Source of the DNA: a virus
Length of the DNA: 64,000 nt
Strand: one strand, 5' to 3'
Virus record (IMG/VR): IMGVR_UViG_3300047546_001496
Coordinates: 31,379 to 95,378 of that record
Each line of letters starts with the position of its first letter. Positions within the stretch are counted from its first letter, which is position 1. Below are positions 10,363-21,278 of the stretch, piece after piece. The notes beneath the pieces were generated by a model. The model was given only the letters and a program-made list of their open reading frames with translations, made no database searches and was not told the DNA's origin. The position numbers and the translations under genes are program-made.

Positions 10363-11315
10363 TAATTTTCTCCTGGTATGTCTATATATTTTATACCATC
10401 TAAATTATACATCCAGTGTGGTCTGTTGCCTTCTATAAAATTAACATTAATTTCTTCTAAACCATCTACTCCATATATAAGTCTTTTATCTATTACTGGA
10501 CTATATGTTTTTGCAGTTTTAGACAAAAAGCATGCCCACCAACTAAAACTACTATTTGCTCTAAATACTGTTCTTGCAAAATATATTTTTAAAAAGTCTT
10601 CTAGCCAGTCAAACATTAGTCCTGGTCTATAGTTAGATCCTTCGGGATATCTCCATCCAAAATTTTCTATTTTTGGCCTATCTAAATGCCAAAGATTTTT
10701 ATCATCATCTGAGATCCATAAAATTTTATTTTTATCAAAATTAAATTTTTCAAAAGCATTAAAGTAAGAATCTTTTGAAATTACAGAATATCCTTGAGTA
10801 TTATTTTTATTATAATTTACATCAGAAATATCTCCTCTTCTTAAATGAGCAACATCATATGTTCCTTGTTTATTGCTCCAATACTTGTATGCTTCTGTAT
10901 TTTTTACTTCATCTGAAAATTCAAAAACTTCTAATAAAAAATTTTTTGACATTTTACTATAAACATCAGATCCATAAGCGCATACGCTATCAAAAAATAC
11001 TGGATCTAAATATTTTGCATAATTATATGGAGCCTGTTCAGGATTTATTAAAAATGAATTTGGATAAATATCTTTTACTTTTTTTATTAGTGCATTTCTT
11101 GTATGATGTGCTGGATGACTCTGATTTAACTGATGTCTTAATTCATCATTTTCAGAAACTATATGAAATTGATTTTTAAATAATTTTGTTCCTTCCCAAT
11201 CTGATGGCAGGACAAACTGAGAACCTGTTAATTTATTGTATGTAGCGCCATAAGCATACTGGTGCATTCGATTGCCAAACCTGCCATGCCAATGTGATAA
11301 AAGTATAAAAGACAT
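10362..11315 (-). CDS. GT11-like alpha-1,2-fucosyltransferase
   Basis: GRFGNRMHQYA, HLRRGD and ANSSFSWWA motifs. Confidence 0.8.
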   Translation of the reverse strand: MSFILLSHWHGRFGNRMHQYAYGATYNKLTGSQFVLPSDWEGTKLFKNQFHIVSENDELRHQLNQSHPAHHTRNALIKKVKDIYPNSFLINPEQAPYNYAKYLDPVFFDSVCAYGSDVYSKMSKNFLLEVFEFSDEVKNTEAYKYWSNKQGTYDVAHLRRGDISDVNYNKNNTQGYSVISKDSYFNAFEKFNFDKNKILWISDDDKNLWHLDRPKIENFGWRYPEGSNYRPGLMFDWLEDFLKIYFARTVFRANSSFSWWACFLSKTAKTYSPVIDKRLIYGVDGLEEINVNFIEGNRPHWMYNLDGIKYIDIPGEN

Positions 11316-11322
11316 AAGAATA

Positions 11323-12348
11323 TTATATCTTAGACTTTATCCATTCATATGTTTTTGTTATTCCTTCTAATAATGACATAGAATAATCCCAATTTAATTT
11401 TTCTCTAATAAGTGTATTGTCTGAATTTCTACCACGAACTCCAGTTGGTCCATCTATGTGTATTTTATTTAATTTTTTATTTTCTATAGAACATGCAATA
11501 TCCACTAACTCATTTATTGATACACGCTCTTCTGAGCCTATATTAATTGGACCAGTAAAGTTAGATTTCATTAATTGTCTGGTTGCCTCTATACATTCAT
11601 CAATATATAAAAATGATCTAGTTTGATTTCCATCTCCCCAAATTTCTATTGAGTCTGTAGCCTGTATTACTTTTCTACATATTGCTGCTGGAGCCTTTTC
11701 TTTTCCGCCCTGCCAAGTACCCTCTGGCCCATATATATTATGATATCTGGCTACTGCAACTGGTATATTATAATTTTTATTGAATGCTAAAAATATTCTT
11801 TCACTAAATAATTTTTCCCAACCATACTCGCTGTCTGGTTCTGCAGGGTATGCGTCAGACTCTTTTAATCCTAAATTATCAATGTCCATTTGTTTATATT
11901 CTGGATATGCACAGGCAGAACTTGAATAAAATATTTTAGTTTTATTTATTAATTTTTCAGAATTAAGTCTTAGTTGTGCTCTTAACAAATTAAGATTAAT
12001 TAGTGCAGAATTTTCCATAATGTTTGCATCATTGTCTCCAGTAAATATATATCCTGCTCCACCCATGTCTGCTGCAAACTGATACACCTCATCAAATGTA
12101 TCTACTAACTGATATGGTATTTCTCTATAAAAATTTCCAGAGTATCCTTTAAATTTAATTACCTTTTCCATATTTTCATAATCTGAAAGATCTCTAATGA
12201 TAAATTCATCAGCCTTCGTTTTAGAAAATGGTGGCTCTTTAATGTCAACACCTCTAACCCAATAGCCTTCTTCTTTAAGTCTATTTACCATATGGTTTCC
12301 AATAAAACCACCAGCGCCTAAGACTAATGCTGTCTTCATTGTCATCAC
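11323..12348 (-). CDS. GDP-mannose 3,5-epimerase-like NAD-dependent epimerase
   Basis: GAGGFIG, AADMGG.G.I, SSAC.YPE, YGWEKL, GGKEKAPAA.CRK, GVRGRNSDN. Confidence 0.85.
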   Translation of the reverse strand: MMTMKTALVLGAGGFIGNHMVNRLKEEGYWVRGVDIKEPPFSKTKADEFIIRDLSDYENMEKVIKFKGYSGNFYREIPYQLVDTFDEVYQFAADMGGAGYIFTGDNDANIMENSALINLNLLRAQLRLNSEKLINKTKIFYSSSACAYPEYKQMDIDNLGLKESDAYPAEPDSEYGWEKLFSERIFLAFNKNYNIPVAVARYHNIYGPEGTWQGGKEKAPAAICRKVIQATDSIEIWGDGNQTRSFLYIDECIEATRQLMKSNFTGPINIGSEERVSINELVDIACSIENKKLNKIHIDGPTGVRGRNSDNTLIREKLNWDYSMSLLEGITKTYEWIKSKI

Positions 12349-12899
12349 ATCGATTCTTTATCTTTTTCTTTTCTTATATGGGTATATAAATATTCTGGTC
12401 CTTCTGTAAAATACCAATGATCTGGCTTACAATAAAATAAAAATATATTACAAACCATATTATTATCTGGATCTGTAAATTCTTCTCTCCAGTGTTCTTG
12501 ATCATTACCGTATGTCATTAATGCATCATTTTCCATTAATGTGTATGGCTTTCCCTCTACCCATAAATCCCAAGGTGTCTTTTGAAATACACAAAAGTTG
12601 ATATGGTATGTACAAGCATTATCATCTTTATGCTTCCAGAGTTTTGCATCTTTACCCTCGTAAATTGACATTAAGCACCAGGAAGGTAGTATGTCGTCTT
12701 CTTCAAAATGTTCTCTTGCTAAATCTAATAACTTATTATGTAAATCTTTAAGTTCTTCTGTGTTAGCCCATTGATGTCTGCCAAAAGAATTATCATAATT
12801 TGGCTGTGTTGACCACATCCTCATGGCATATTGTTGTATTTTTTTTAAATCTTCTGCAGGCAAAATTGTTTTAACAATTTCAGGTTCTTTAATCTTCAT
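12345..12899 (-). CDS. 2OG-Fe(II) oxygenase-like protein
   Basis: LWKHKD...YG...EHWRE facial-triad pattern. Confidence 0.7.
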   Translation of the reverse strand: MKIKEPEIVKTILPAEDLKKIQQYAMRMWSTQPNYDNSFGRHQWANTEELKDLHNKLLDLAREHFEEDDILPSWCLMSIYEGKDAKLWKHKDDNACTYHINFCVFQKTPWDLWVEGKPYTLMENDALMTYGNDQEHWREEFTDPDNNMVCNIFLFYCKPDHWYFTEGPEYLYTHIRKEKDKESM

Positions 12900-12900
12900 C

Positions 12901-13140
12901 TTACCATTTTCCTATAGGACATGTTGCTTTTTCTAATTTTGTTTTTGCTACCATAAAACAACCACATTTTTTACATTGTTTAGTTAATTTAATTAATTCT
13001 GGACATTGCTTACATATAGAATATCTTTCTTCTGCTACCTCGTCAGATGCCCACTCTGTTTCTGGATTAACCAAATCCCATGGCCTTGTATCTCCAAGAT
13101 TTTCTTTATATTTTTGCCATGCAGTTTTCTTTTCTGACAT
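12901..13140 (-). CDS. Small Cys-rich protein (DUF6171-like)
   Basis: R..IC..C...QCKKCGCFM..KT.L...CPIGKW; paralog of 23283..23483. Confidence 0.7.
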   Translation of the reverse strand: MSEKKTAWQKYKENLGDTRPWDLVNPETEWASDEVAEERYSICKQCPELIKLTKQCKKCGCFMVAKTKLEKATCPIGKW

Positions 13141-13178
13141 AAAACTCCTTATTTTTATAAGTATTTATACATTATACA

Positions 13179-16100
13179 CTAACAAGCGCAATCTTGTCCA
13201 GGGCAGCAAACATTACATCTCCAGCAGTATCCGCAGGTACATGGACCAGTCGGTGTCGGTGTTGGTGTCGGTGATGGTGGGAAATACGGGAATGATGGTC
13301 CGACAGGTTCAAATGTTGGGAAGAACGGCGGGAAGAATGGGAAGTAAGGGAAGAATGGGAAGAACGGCGGGAAGAATGGGAAGTAAGGGAAGAATGGGAA
13401 GAACGGCGGGAAGAATGGGAAGTAAGGGAAGAATGGGAAGAACGGGAATGAAGGACCAGGTGCTGTTGTAAAACATTCTCCTAAACTACTATCCCAATAA
13501 TATCCGCAAGCCTGGCATCCACTTTGTGTTAATAACCATATATTTTCAGGAGCACATTGATTTGTAGGTGTTGGCGTAGGAGTAGGAGTTGGTGTAGGAG
13601 TAGGAGTTGGTGTAGGAGTTGGGGTTGGAGTAGGTGTAGGTGTTGGGGTTGGTGTAGGTGTAGGAGTTGGGGTAGGTGTAGGTGTTGGGGTAGGTGTTGG
13701 GGTAGGTGTTGGCGTAGGTGTTGGGGTAGGTGTTGTGCAAGATGGTGTTCCAGATTGAGGGGTAGATCCGCAAACCCATCCTATTGGAGGATAGCCGTTT
13801 GCATTTTCTTGCGTTGTGTACAAAGTAGCGCAATCAATATTAAATGGTCCAAAAGGTCCTTGTGGAGATCCATTTAACGCACAATATCCATAGTAGTTAG
13901 TAACAGAAACTGGTGTAGGTGTCGGAGTTGGAGTAGGTGTCGGAGATGGAGTTGGTGTCGGAGTAGGTGTTGGAGTTGGAGTAGGTGTCGGAGTTGGTGT
14001 CGGAGTTGGTGTCGGTGTTGGTGTTGGTGTAGGTGTTGGTGTCGGTGTTGGAGTTGGTGTTGGGTTTGAAGGCATTACGCATTCTCCCAACTGTTCATCC
14101 CAGACCAATCCACACTGAGCACATTGTGACGAACTTAATAAACTCCAGTCTCCATCACATATACTGGTTGGAGTAGGTGTTGGTGTCGGTGTCGGGGTAG
14201 GCGTTGGTGTTGGTGTCGGGGTAGGAGTTGGTGTTGGGGTTGGAGTTGAACTACACCCAATACCCTCATAGAACATTAATCCAGAAGAACCGTCTGAACA
14301 CTTATACCATTTTTGTTGATAATTGCTACATCCTGGGCAAGATCCGTCTGGACATGATCCAATATAAATACCGCCACTAACTACGCCATATGTAGCATCA
14401 TTTGGACAAATTACTGTCGGAGTTGGAGTAGGAGTTGGTGTTGGCGTAGGAGTAGGAGTTGGTGTAGGAGTTGGGGTTGGAGTAGGTGTAGGTGTTGGGG
14501 TTGGTGTAGGTGTAGGAGTTGGAGTAGGTGTAGGTGCACAACTTGCAGTTCCTTCAGATACAGTTGCACCGCAAGCCCATCCATTTGGCGGGTATCCATT
14601 TGTATAATCAAACTCATTATACAAAGTATTGCAAAGAGAAGTTACTCTATCTTGCTCTGTAGTTCCTTGTACATTTCTAGATGTATTATACGGACCAACT
14701 AATTGATATGTTCCTTGATCACAATAGGAGTACCAAACCCCCGTTAGATAAAAGGTGAACTACACTGTCCTCCAGACCATGTATATCCACAACTTGTACA
14801 TTGAGTTGAATTAGTTATGCTACCCGCATTCTCTGGATCTGGACATGTCAACGTGGGGGTCGGTGTCGGAGTTGGAGTTGGAGTAGGGGTAGGTGTTGGT
14901 GTCGGTGTTGGTGTTGGGGTTCCTCCACATGATAGTGTTGGAATTGTTCCAGAAACTCCAGACTGTGTTTGTGTAATAGAACCTCCAGAACATTGTGAAT
15001 TCATAGAAGCATAAGCCTCAGTAAATCCAGAACTACTTATTCCAGTTACTTGAGATCCAGTAGTGCTACAGCATCCTGTTGCCCAATATTGATTACCTAC
15101 TGGTGTAGGAGTAGGTGTAGGTGTAGGTGTTGGAGTTGGGGTAGGTGTTCCTCCACAACTTGCAGTTCCTGCTGCTTGTGTTGCTCCACAAGCCCATCCA
15201 TTTGGTGGATATCCGTTTGTATAATCCCACTCATTGTAAAGATTATTACATATTGAAGAAACTGTGCCTACTGCTGAATAAGAGTATGGTCCTGATAATT
15301 GATAAGTTCCTTGATCACACCAACTGTACCATACCGTCGTTTGGCTAGATGTAGGTGTTGGGGTAGGAGTAGGTGTTGGGGTTGGTGTTGGGGTAGGTGT
15401 AGGGGTTGGAGTAGGTGTTGGGGTAGGTGTAGGTGTAGGAGTTGGAGTTGGCGTAGGATTAAAGAATGGGAATGATGGATTAAAGAATGGGAATGATGGT
15501 GGTGTAGGAGATGGAGTAGGCGTAGGTGTTGGAGTAGGTGTTGGGGTTGGTGTGGGAGTTGGTGTCGGGGTAGGCGAAGAAGATTCTGCTATATCACCAT
15601 AAGTAATCCATGTATCTGAACCTAATTTAAGTAAAGTTATTTTTCCATATTGGGCATCAATAGAGGCAGTTCCACCTTTTGCATAAACGGTTACTCCTGG
15701 GACACCAGAAACTGTAACATTTCCAGTACCCATTCTAATAATATTTATTTTTTGTCCAACTATAAATGGAGTTGTGCTATTTAATGGAATAGAAATTGTT
15801 GTATTGGTTGCAGAATTAACAGTTATTGTTTTACCTGGATCTGAAATAGCAATTGTATAGTTTTCGTCTTTAGAGACAAATGTTTCTGTGTCTAGTAATC
15901 CAATCCATTGTGTGCCATTGTAAATTTGTAGTTGATCTATATCGGTTCCACTATCGGTTTGTCTAACAAAACAAATAATACCTTTTTGTGGATTTGTAAT
16001 TGCAGCATCTCTAGCAGTAGGATTTAAAAATAAATTAACGCCACCCTTTGCACGAATAACATCATTAAAGGTTACTGGTTGTCCGAATGTATGAACTTGT

Positions 16101-16210
16101 GTCCATGTATATGGAACATTTGTATTCGCAACACCAGCAAGTGCATACCACTTTTCAGTTGCAGAGTCATATGCATATACTACTTTACTACCTGGAGCGA
16201 TTTGTGCCAT
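13179..16210 (-). CDS. Large (Thr-Pro)n / Cys-rich-repeat putative virion protein, split by a -1 frameshift near 14750
   Basis: ORFs 14744..16210 and 13179..14624 share repeats; the downstream frame is open, with no plausible start, up to about 14759. Confidence 0.75.
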
Positions 16211-16211
16211 T

Positions 16212-17282
16212 TTAGATTTCCTCCACTATAAAAGTATCGGAAGTTAATCCAAACTGTTGTGTAATTGTATTAGCAGAATATCCTACAGGAGTTATATTTA
16301 AAATTCTATATGTAATTGTATCTCCAGTTGTTGCTCCATGTGCGTCAATCCAAACAAAGTTAGATGTAACCAATTCTTTTGGAACAAGTCCAATTTGTAC
16401 TGTTTCATAAGATCCTGTGTTTATTTTTCTTTGTAGTCCTACAAACGCTGGAACAGATGTATCTGTAGTAGGCCTTAGTAATCCAGAAAAAGTAATTCTA
16501 GTTGTTGTTGATGATGTTGTTTTTACAACTTGAGCCTGTATTGATGATCCTAAAATTGTTTTTAATGTATCGTTTTCATTAACACCATTTGTCATAACGC
16601 TTGGATCTACTGGTGGATTAATTCCGTATGGCCCCTCTACTGGTGTTCCATAAATAACTCTTGCTGTATTTTTATTAATTTCATAATCTTGAGATGCCCA
16701 GGTAATTCCAAGCGGGGATGTAGAATCAACTGTCAAAACTTTACCATTATCTCCAGCAGACAATATATCAGTAGATCCTTGTGCAGATCCTACTAGGAGG
16801 TCTCCCTTTGCTTGAGTATATGTACCAATCTTTCTAAATCCCCCGTCATCATAAACATAAATATCTCGGTTTGGAGAATCTTTGTCTACCCATAGAACAC
16901 CGTTTGTAAGGTTTTGGGATGGTGCATCATTTTGATATATTGCTACGCCATATGTGGTTTGTACTGCTAGTCCACTTGAGTCAGAAGCAATTGCTATATA
17001 TCCATCAGTTGGAGAAGATACTGCCTGTATTTCTGAAAGTGTAAGAAAATCTGATCCAATGCCTAGGGTTTCTTGTGCAGTAACTCTATCGCTTAGTTCC
17101 TGTAAATGTTTTGCTACACCGCTACCAGCGAGAACTGCTGCTTTTTGTGCTGATGAAGATTGTGATGTATCAAAAGTATAACTACCATATAGGAATAGTT
17201 TAAGCGCAGCCTGTATATCTGCTGTATCATCATAACCTGGTTGTTTTACATTCCAGATTCCGCCAATGTCTTCTGCTGCCAC
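16212..17282 (-). CDS. Tail fibre-like structural protein
   Basis: AKGDLLVG...GDNGKVLTVDSTSPLGITW fibre motif. Confidence 0.65.
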   Translation of the reverse strand: MAAEDIGGIWNVKQPGYDDTADIQAALKLFLYGSYTFDTSQSSSAQKAAVLAGSGVAKHLQELSDRVTAQETLGIGSDFLTLSEIQAVSSPTDGYIAIASDSSGLAVQTTYGVAIYQNDAPSQNLTNGVLWVDKDSPNRDIYVYDDGGFRKIGTYTQAKGDLLVGSAQGSTDILSAGDNGKVLTVDSTSPLGITWASQDYEINKNTARVIYGTPVEGPYGINPPVDPSVMTNGVNENDTLKTILGSSIQAQVVKTTSSTTTRITFSGLLRPTTDTSVPAFVGLQRKINTGSYETVQIGLVPKELVTSNFVWIDAHGATTGDTITYRILNITPVGYSANTITQQFGLTSDTFIVEEI

Positions 17283-17299
17283 CTAGATCACCCCCTCGA

Positions 17300-17884
17300 T
17301 TATACCACCGAAATATGAAGGTTGGCTGTACGGGGTCCAGAGATATCAACCCAGTCGGTACCATCAAATTCTTTTGCATAAAATGTTATTTTTAAATTTT
17401 CAACTGAATTAAGAGAAACTATTTCTGTTTTTATTGAACTTACTATTGGTAAACCTGCTGATGTTGCAAAAGTTACATTAACACTAAAGTTTGAAGCATC
17501 TGTATTTCCTACATAAGATGGATCAACTATTGCTGTAACTGGTATATGTACATAATTAACAGAATTAAAATCAATACTTGTATTTGCAGAATAAGTATTT
17601 GGAATAAGTTTTGTAATTTCTTGCCACTGTAATCCAGTTAGTCCTGGCATATAAGAATAAATCATTAAATATTTATTGTCTGGATCAGACTTTAGCATAT
17701 TGATATAAAGATCAAATGCTTTTGGTGTTTGTCCAATTGTTAGTTCACTTGGGCTACCGTTGCCAACAAATATTAAACTTCCTCTTTCACCTTCTGGACC
17801 GTAGTCGAGTTCTATATTTAATTCTTGTGGTCCACCTAAAACAATTAAATCATCATTAGTTAACAAAACATCATAGTCTGACAT
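17300..17884 (-). CDS. Putative structural protein
   Basis: GPEGERGS..FVG.G.P motif. Confidence 0.55.
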   Translation of the reverse strand: MSDYDVLLTNDDLIVLGGPQELNIELDYGPEGERGSLIFVGNGSPSELTIGQTPKAFDLYINMLKSDPDNKYLMIYSYMPGLTGLQWQEITKLIPNTYSANTSIDFNSVNYVHIPVTAIVDPSYVGNTDASNFSVNVTFATSAGLPIVSSIKTEIVSLNSVENLKITFYAKEFDGTDWVDISGPRTANLHISVV

Positions 17885-18324
17885 TATGGGGTAACCTGTC
17901 CTTGTACTGTTATTGTTCCAGTAAGAACTGTTGTAATGATTGGAAATTGTAATGCGCCTGGATCTGTAGATCCATTTGTTGGTCTTGTAATCTGAACATC
18001 ATAAACATATTCTGTTCCTGGAGTTAAATATTGAGAATCCCCATCTTCGCCACCACGAATTGCACAATTAATATATTTTTTGTCAGAAGAAATCCATGCT
18101 GCTGCCTCATGCCAATTTGTTGATCCTCTACTAGGTGCAAATGTAAAAGTTACAGCGTCATATGGAACATTTGGTGTTGATGGATTATTATCATCATCAT
18201 AAGATCCACCACCAGTATATGGAGTTAAGTTAAATGCACTGCCATCAGCATTCTTTGGATAAATGCGAAACTGAAAGGTATCACCCTTATAATAGTTAAT
18301 GTTGTATGTGCCTGGAAATGCCAT
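17884..18324 (-). CDS. Virion/baseplate-type protein
   Basis: YKGDTF...YVYDVQIT...LTGTITV. Confidence 0.6.
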   Translation of the reverse strand: MAFPGTYNINYYKGDTFQFRIYPKNADGSAFNLTPYTGGGSYDDDNNPSTPNVPYDAVTFTFAPSRGSTNWHEAAAWISSDKKYINCAIRGGEDGDSQYLTPGTEYVYDVQITRPTNGSTDPGALQFPIITTVLTGTITVQGQVTP

Positions 18325-18340
18325 GAGTCCTCCTCGTAAA

Positions 18341-19060
18341 TTATATCACAGATACATATATTGAATTCATTAAAACTGATGAATCGTAGTCTGCTCTGAT
18401 TTGCGGTACTGCTCCAGAAGACCACATAGATTCGTCCTCAATAAAGAAATGCTGTGTAACATACATATTGTAAACATACTGATATTTTAGTGATGCTACA
18501 TACTGTGAAATTTCGGTGGTAGATTTAGGAAAAAGCGTTCTAATCCAAACCTCTGTATTATTACTATAAGTAGTAAGTTCAAAATTGTATGTTACAAATA
18601 CTTGGGATCCTACCTTAAGCCCGTGAAAATTAAGCATTCTTTGGTGCTCGTTCCAAAGACTAGTGCATCCTTCTGGTAAATATTTTTCGTTTGTATTACT
18701 GCCCTTCGAATCTACCCAGACACTAACCCACCCATCTTCACCCTGGTTTGCACCTAATCTTATTTCATTTCTATTTTTATTAAAATATGCTCCCCATCCC
18801 GCTTGTTGTCCAGATGAAGACAAAGAACTCTCACCGTCTTTTCCAGGAGTGCCTCTCTCGCCCTTTGGACCCTTCTCTCCGTCCTTACCAGCAGGTCCTT
18901 GAGGTCCAGGTATACCCGCAGGTCCTTGAGGCCCCATTGGGCCAGGGACAGGAACATAATTAATTAATACATCAGTATTAGTATTTTGAGTCTCTACAAC
19001 TTGTGCAGCATAACTTGATTTTTTGCTTGATGGGAAATCCATGGATTTAGACATAGCCAT
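18341..19060 (-). CDS. Collagen triple-helix repeat protein
   Basis: About 13 Gly-X-Y triplets. Confidence 0.8.
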   Translation of the reverse strand: MAMSKSMDFPSSKKSSYAAQVVETQNTNTDVLINYVPVPGPMGPQGPAGIPGPQGPAGKDGEKGPKGERGTPGKDGESSLSSSGQQAGWGAYFNKNRNEIRLGANQGEDGWVSVWVDSKGSNTNEKYLPEGCTSLWNEHQRMLNFHGLKVGSQVFVTYNFELTTYSNNTEVWIRTLFPKSTTEISQYVASLKYQYVYNMYVTQHFFIEDESMWSSGAVPQIRADYDSSVLMNSIYVSVI

Positions 19061-19080
19061 GGGGTAATTATCTCACAATA

Positions 19081-19587
19081 TTAGCCAATTTGATTTACAG
19101 TTAAAATCACTGATGGTATTGCTGGATGTGATCCTGCAACCTGATAATCCATTTGTATTTGTGTATTATCTGGAGACCACATTAATTCATAATAATCATT
19201 TGCAGAAGCATTAACAAAAAAGTTCCATGCTGCTACTACATATGGGCTATTAGTATTTACTGAAACTCTTGTGTTTGTATCTGCTATTGCTGTACCGTTT
19301 TTTGCCAACCAAATATTAACGGTAGTTCCAGAACCTCCTCCACCATTGTTATGAAGTTGAGCAGAAAAAGCAATATTATATTTACCAGCATTTGCAATAG
19401 TAATTCTAGAATTAGAAACAACACTTACACCATTGTTAAAGTCTGTATTGTTTAAAGTTACTGCACCGATTGCATCTTTTGCCAATGATTGGTTTTGTGT
19501 ACTATAAAAAGATCCGTAATGCAAATTACTTAATACATTTCCATTACCAGAATCATCGTTAATTCCAGGGTGTGTAAAACGTGCCAT
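19081..19587 (-). CDS. C1q/TNF-like beta-sandwich fibre-tip protein
   Basis: YGSFYS...RITIANAGKYNIAFSAQ...DYYELMW. Confidence 0.55.
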   Translation of the reverse strand: MARFTHPGINDDSGNGNVLSNLHYGSFYSTQNQSLAKDAIGAVTLNNTDFNNGVSVVSNSRITIANAGKYNIAFSAQLHNNGGGGSGTTVNIWLAKNGTAIADTNTRVSVNTNSPYVVAAWNFFVNASANDYYELMWSPDNTQIQMDYQVAGSHPAIPSVILTVNQIG

Positions 19588-19868
19588 TACATTCCTGCTT
19601 CTAGTGATGCTTTAAGAACTGCTAGTTTCATTTCATTAACAGAAGAAATGGCGTATATCGCATCATTTCCATTTAATTCAATTGAGAATGAATGGTTTGG
19701 CATAATTCTAAAACCATAGTTTGTTGATGATACTGTATTTGATCCACCAATATAAATATAACCAGAAGCATTTACATTTTGTAAAGTTATGTCCATTCCA
19801 GAATGTTTACCATTTGGAGTAAGCCTAGTTGATGTTGTGTTTGATAAAGTAATTAATGAGTGATCCAT
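19587..19868 (-). CDS. Hypothetical structural protein
   Basis: ORF coupled to both neighbours. Confidence 0.55.
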   Translation of the reverse strand: MDHSLITLSNTTSTRLTPNGKHSGMDITLQNVNASGYIYIGGSNTVSSTNYGFRIMPNHSFSIELNGNDAIYAISSVNEMKLAVLKASLEAGM

Positions 19869-20728
19869 TATGCTTTCCTATACCAACCACTTAAATTAAA
19901 TCTAAAATATGGCATTAATGTAGCATTCTGTTCAGATTCTCCAAGAAGATTTACAATATTTGTACATGTAACTGGTTTAAAAGTATCTGTATTAATATTT
20001 ATATCATTTGGATCTTGATAATAAATTGAAATAAAATCAGAATTATTTGTAACAGGTTGATGATTTCCCCATATTGGAACAACTACAGACTCATCTGGAC
20101 CAAATGGTACTCCTGAAGTATAATCATAGTATGGTTCTGCATCTGCTCTTATAAATAATCTACCAAAACTGTTAGTTGATGAAAGCGTTGGAACATAACC
20201 ATTTATATTAATATTGATTAATGGTGCAACTTCAAATGGTGGCGCAGTTATTGACCAAGCGTGATTTGGGCTTGTTTCTTCATTAGGAAAACCAATTAAA
20301 TGAACATCCCAAAATACAATATCTCCAATTACACGATATGTACCCAAACTACTTAAAGTTTGTCCATCCATAGAACGATTTACTATTTCATTTTGTGAAT
20401 AAAAATTTGTTTCCCAAGTTCCTTGCTCATATAAATTACTCTGTCCTTTTGCAGCAAGTAAATCCCAGAATGGTCCTTCTGAGGGAGTATCTCCAACATT
20501 TCCACCATTTGCATTTTTGCGATACCAGAGTTGTCCGTCATATGTTACAACATCACCAATCACATAAGATGCACCTGGATTGTATTCTCCATTGTAATAC
20601 CAAACAGCGTCAGCACCTGCTGGACCTGTTGCACCTGTTTCACCTTGAGGACCTTGTGGGCCTACTGCTCCTGTTTCGCCTTGCTGTCCTTCTGCGCCTG
20701 GCATAGGAACAATCTTAATTACTGCCAT
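19868..20728 (-). CDS. Collagen-repeat tail fibre with CBM5/12-like module
   Basis: Gly-X-Y run followed by Y..GDVVTYDG.LW...P.....W. Confidence 0.7.
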   Translation of the reverse strand: MAVIKIVPMPGAEGQQGETGAVGPQGPQGETGATGPAGADAVWYYNGEYNPGASYVIGDVVTYDGQLWYRKNANGGNVGDTPSEGPFWDLLAAKGQSNLYEQGTWETNFYSQNEIVNRSMDGQTLSSLGTYRVIGDIVFWDVHLIGFPNEETSPNHAWSITAPPFEVAPLINININGYVPTLSSTNSFGRLFIRADAEPYYDYTSGVPFGPDESVVVPIWGNHQPVTNNSDFISIYYQDPNDININTDTFKPVTCTNIVNLLGESEQNATLMPYFRFNLSGWYRKA

Positions 20729-21126
20729 TATAAAGTACCTCCTGGTGTAACATCACCTAATACATAAATAGTTCCAATAACTGGAGTCCACACTGTGTCT
20801 TCAATTTCGTTTGGAATAATAACTTGTAAATCAAAAGGAAGTTCTGCAACATTTGCTGCATACTTCAATCCCCAATTTTTAGTTACTGAGGGATAAGCAG
20901 TAATATCAACATAACCAGGTTCTGATGCACAATCGAGGGCATCTAGTAAATCTCCAGACTGATCATATGCTGTTGCTCTATAAATCCATCCCTCAGTATC
21001 GTAGTAAGTAGATTCATCATCTTCGTAAAATGCTATTCGTAATGTTGCGGTATCTCCTCGTACGACTCGCCATTGTATATTTGCTGGATCAGCACCAAAT
21101 TTTTCGGGAGCACAGAGATTTGCCAT
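20728..21126 (-). CDS. Virion/baseplate-type protein (VVRGD family)
   Basis: WRVVRGDT...FDLQ; start placed at ATG 21126 behind TGGTATAAT. Confidence 0.6.
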   Translation of the reverse strand: MANLCAPEKFGADPANIQWRVVRGDTATLRIAFYEDDESTYYDTEGWIYRATAYDQSGDLLDALDCASEPGYVDITAYPSVTKNWGLKYAANVAELPFDLQVIIPNEIEDTVWTPVIGTIYVLGDVTPGGTL

Positions 21127-21278
21127 AATAGAAAGATTATACCATGAAATATAGACTTGCCCCATGATCGGTGGGTATGAGAGACAGATCACGGGGACAA
21201 GCAATTAAAAGTATATCATAACAGACAAAACGGACATATGTGTTTGCAATAGAAAATTACTTATGGTATAGTGTTTAA

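Noticed and set aside
13241-15256. VG, CRSW and NT/YT repeat ORFs
   Set aside because: Antisense or alternative frames of the (Thr-Pro)n codons
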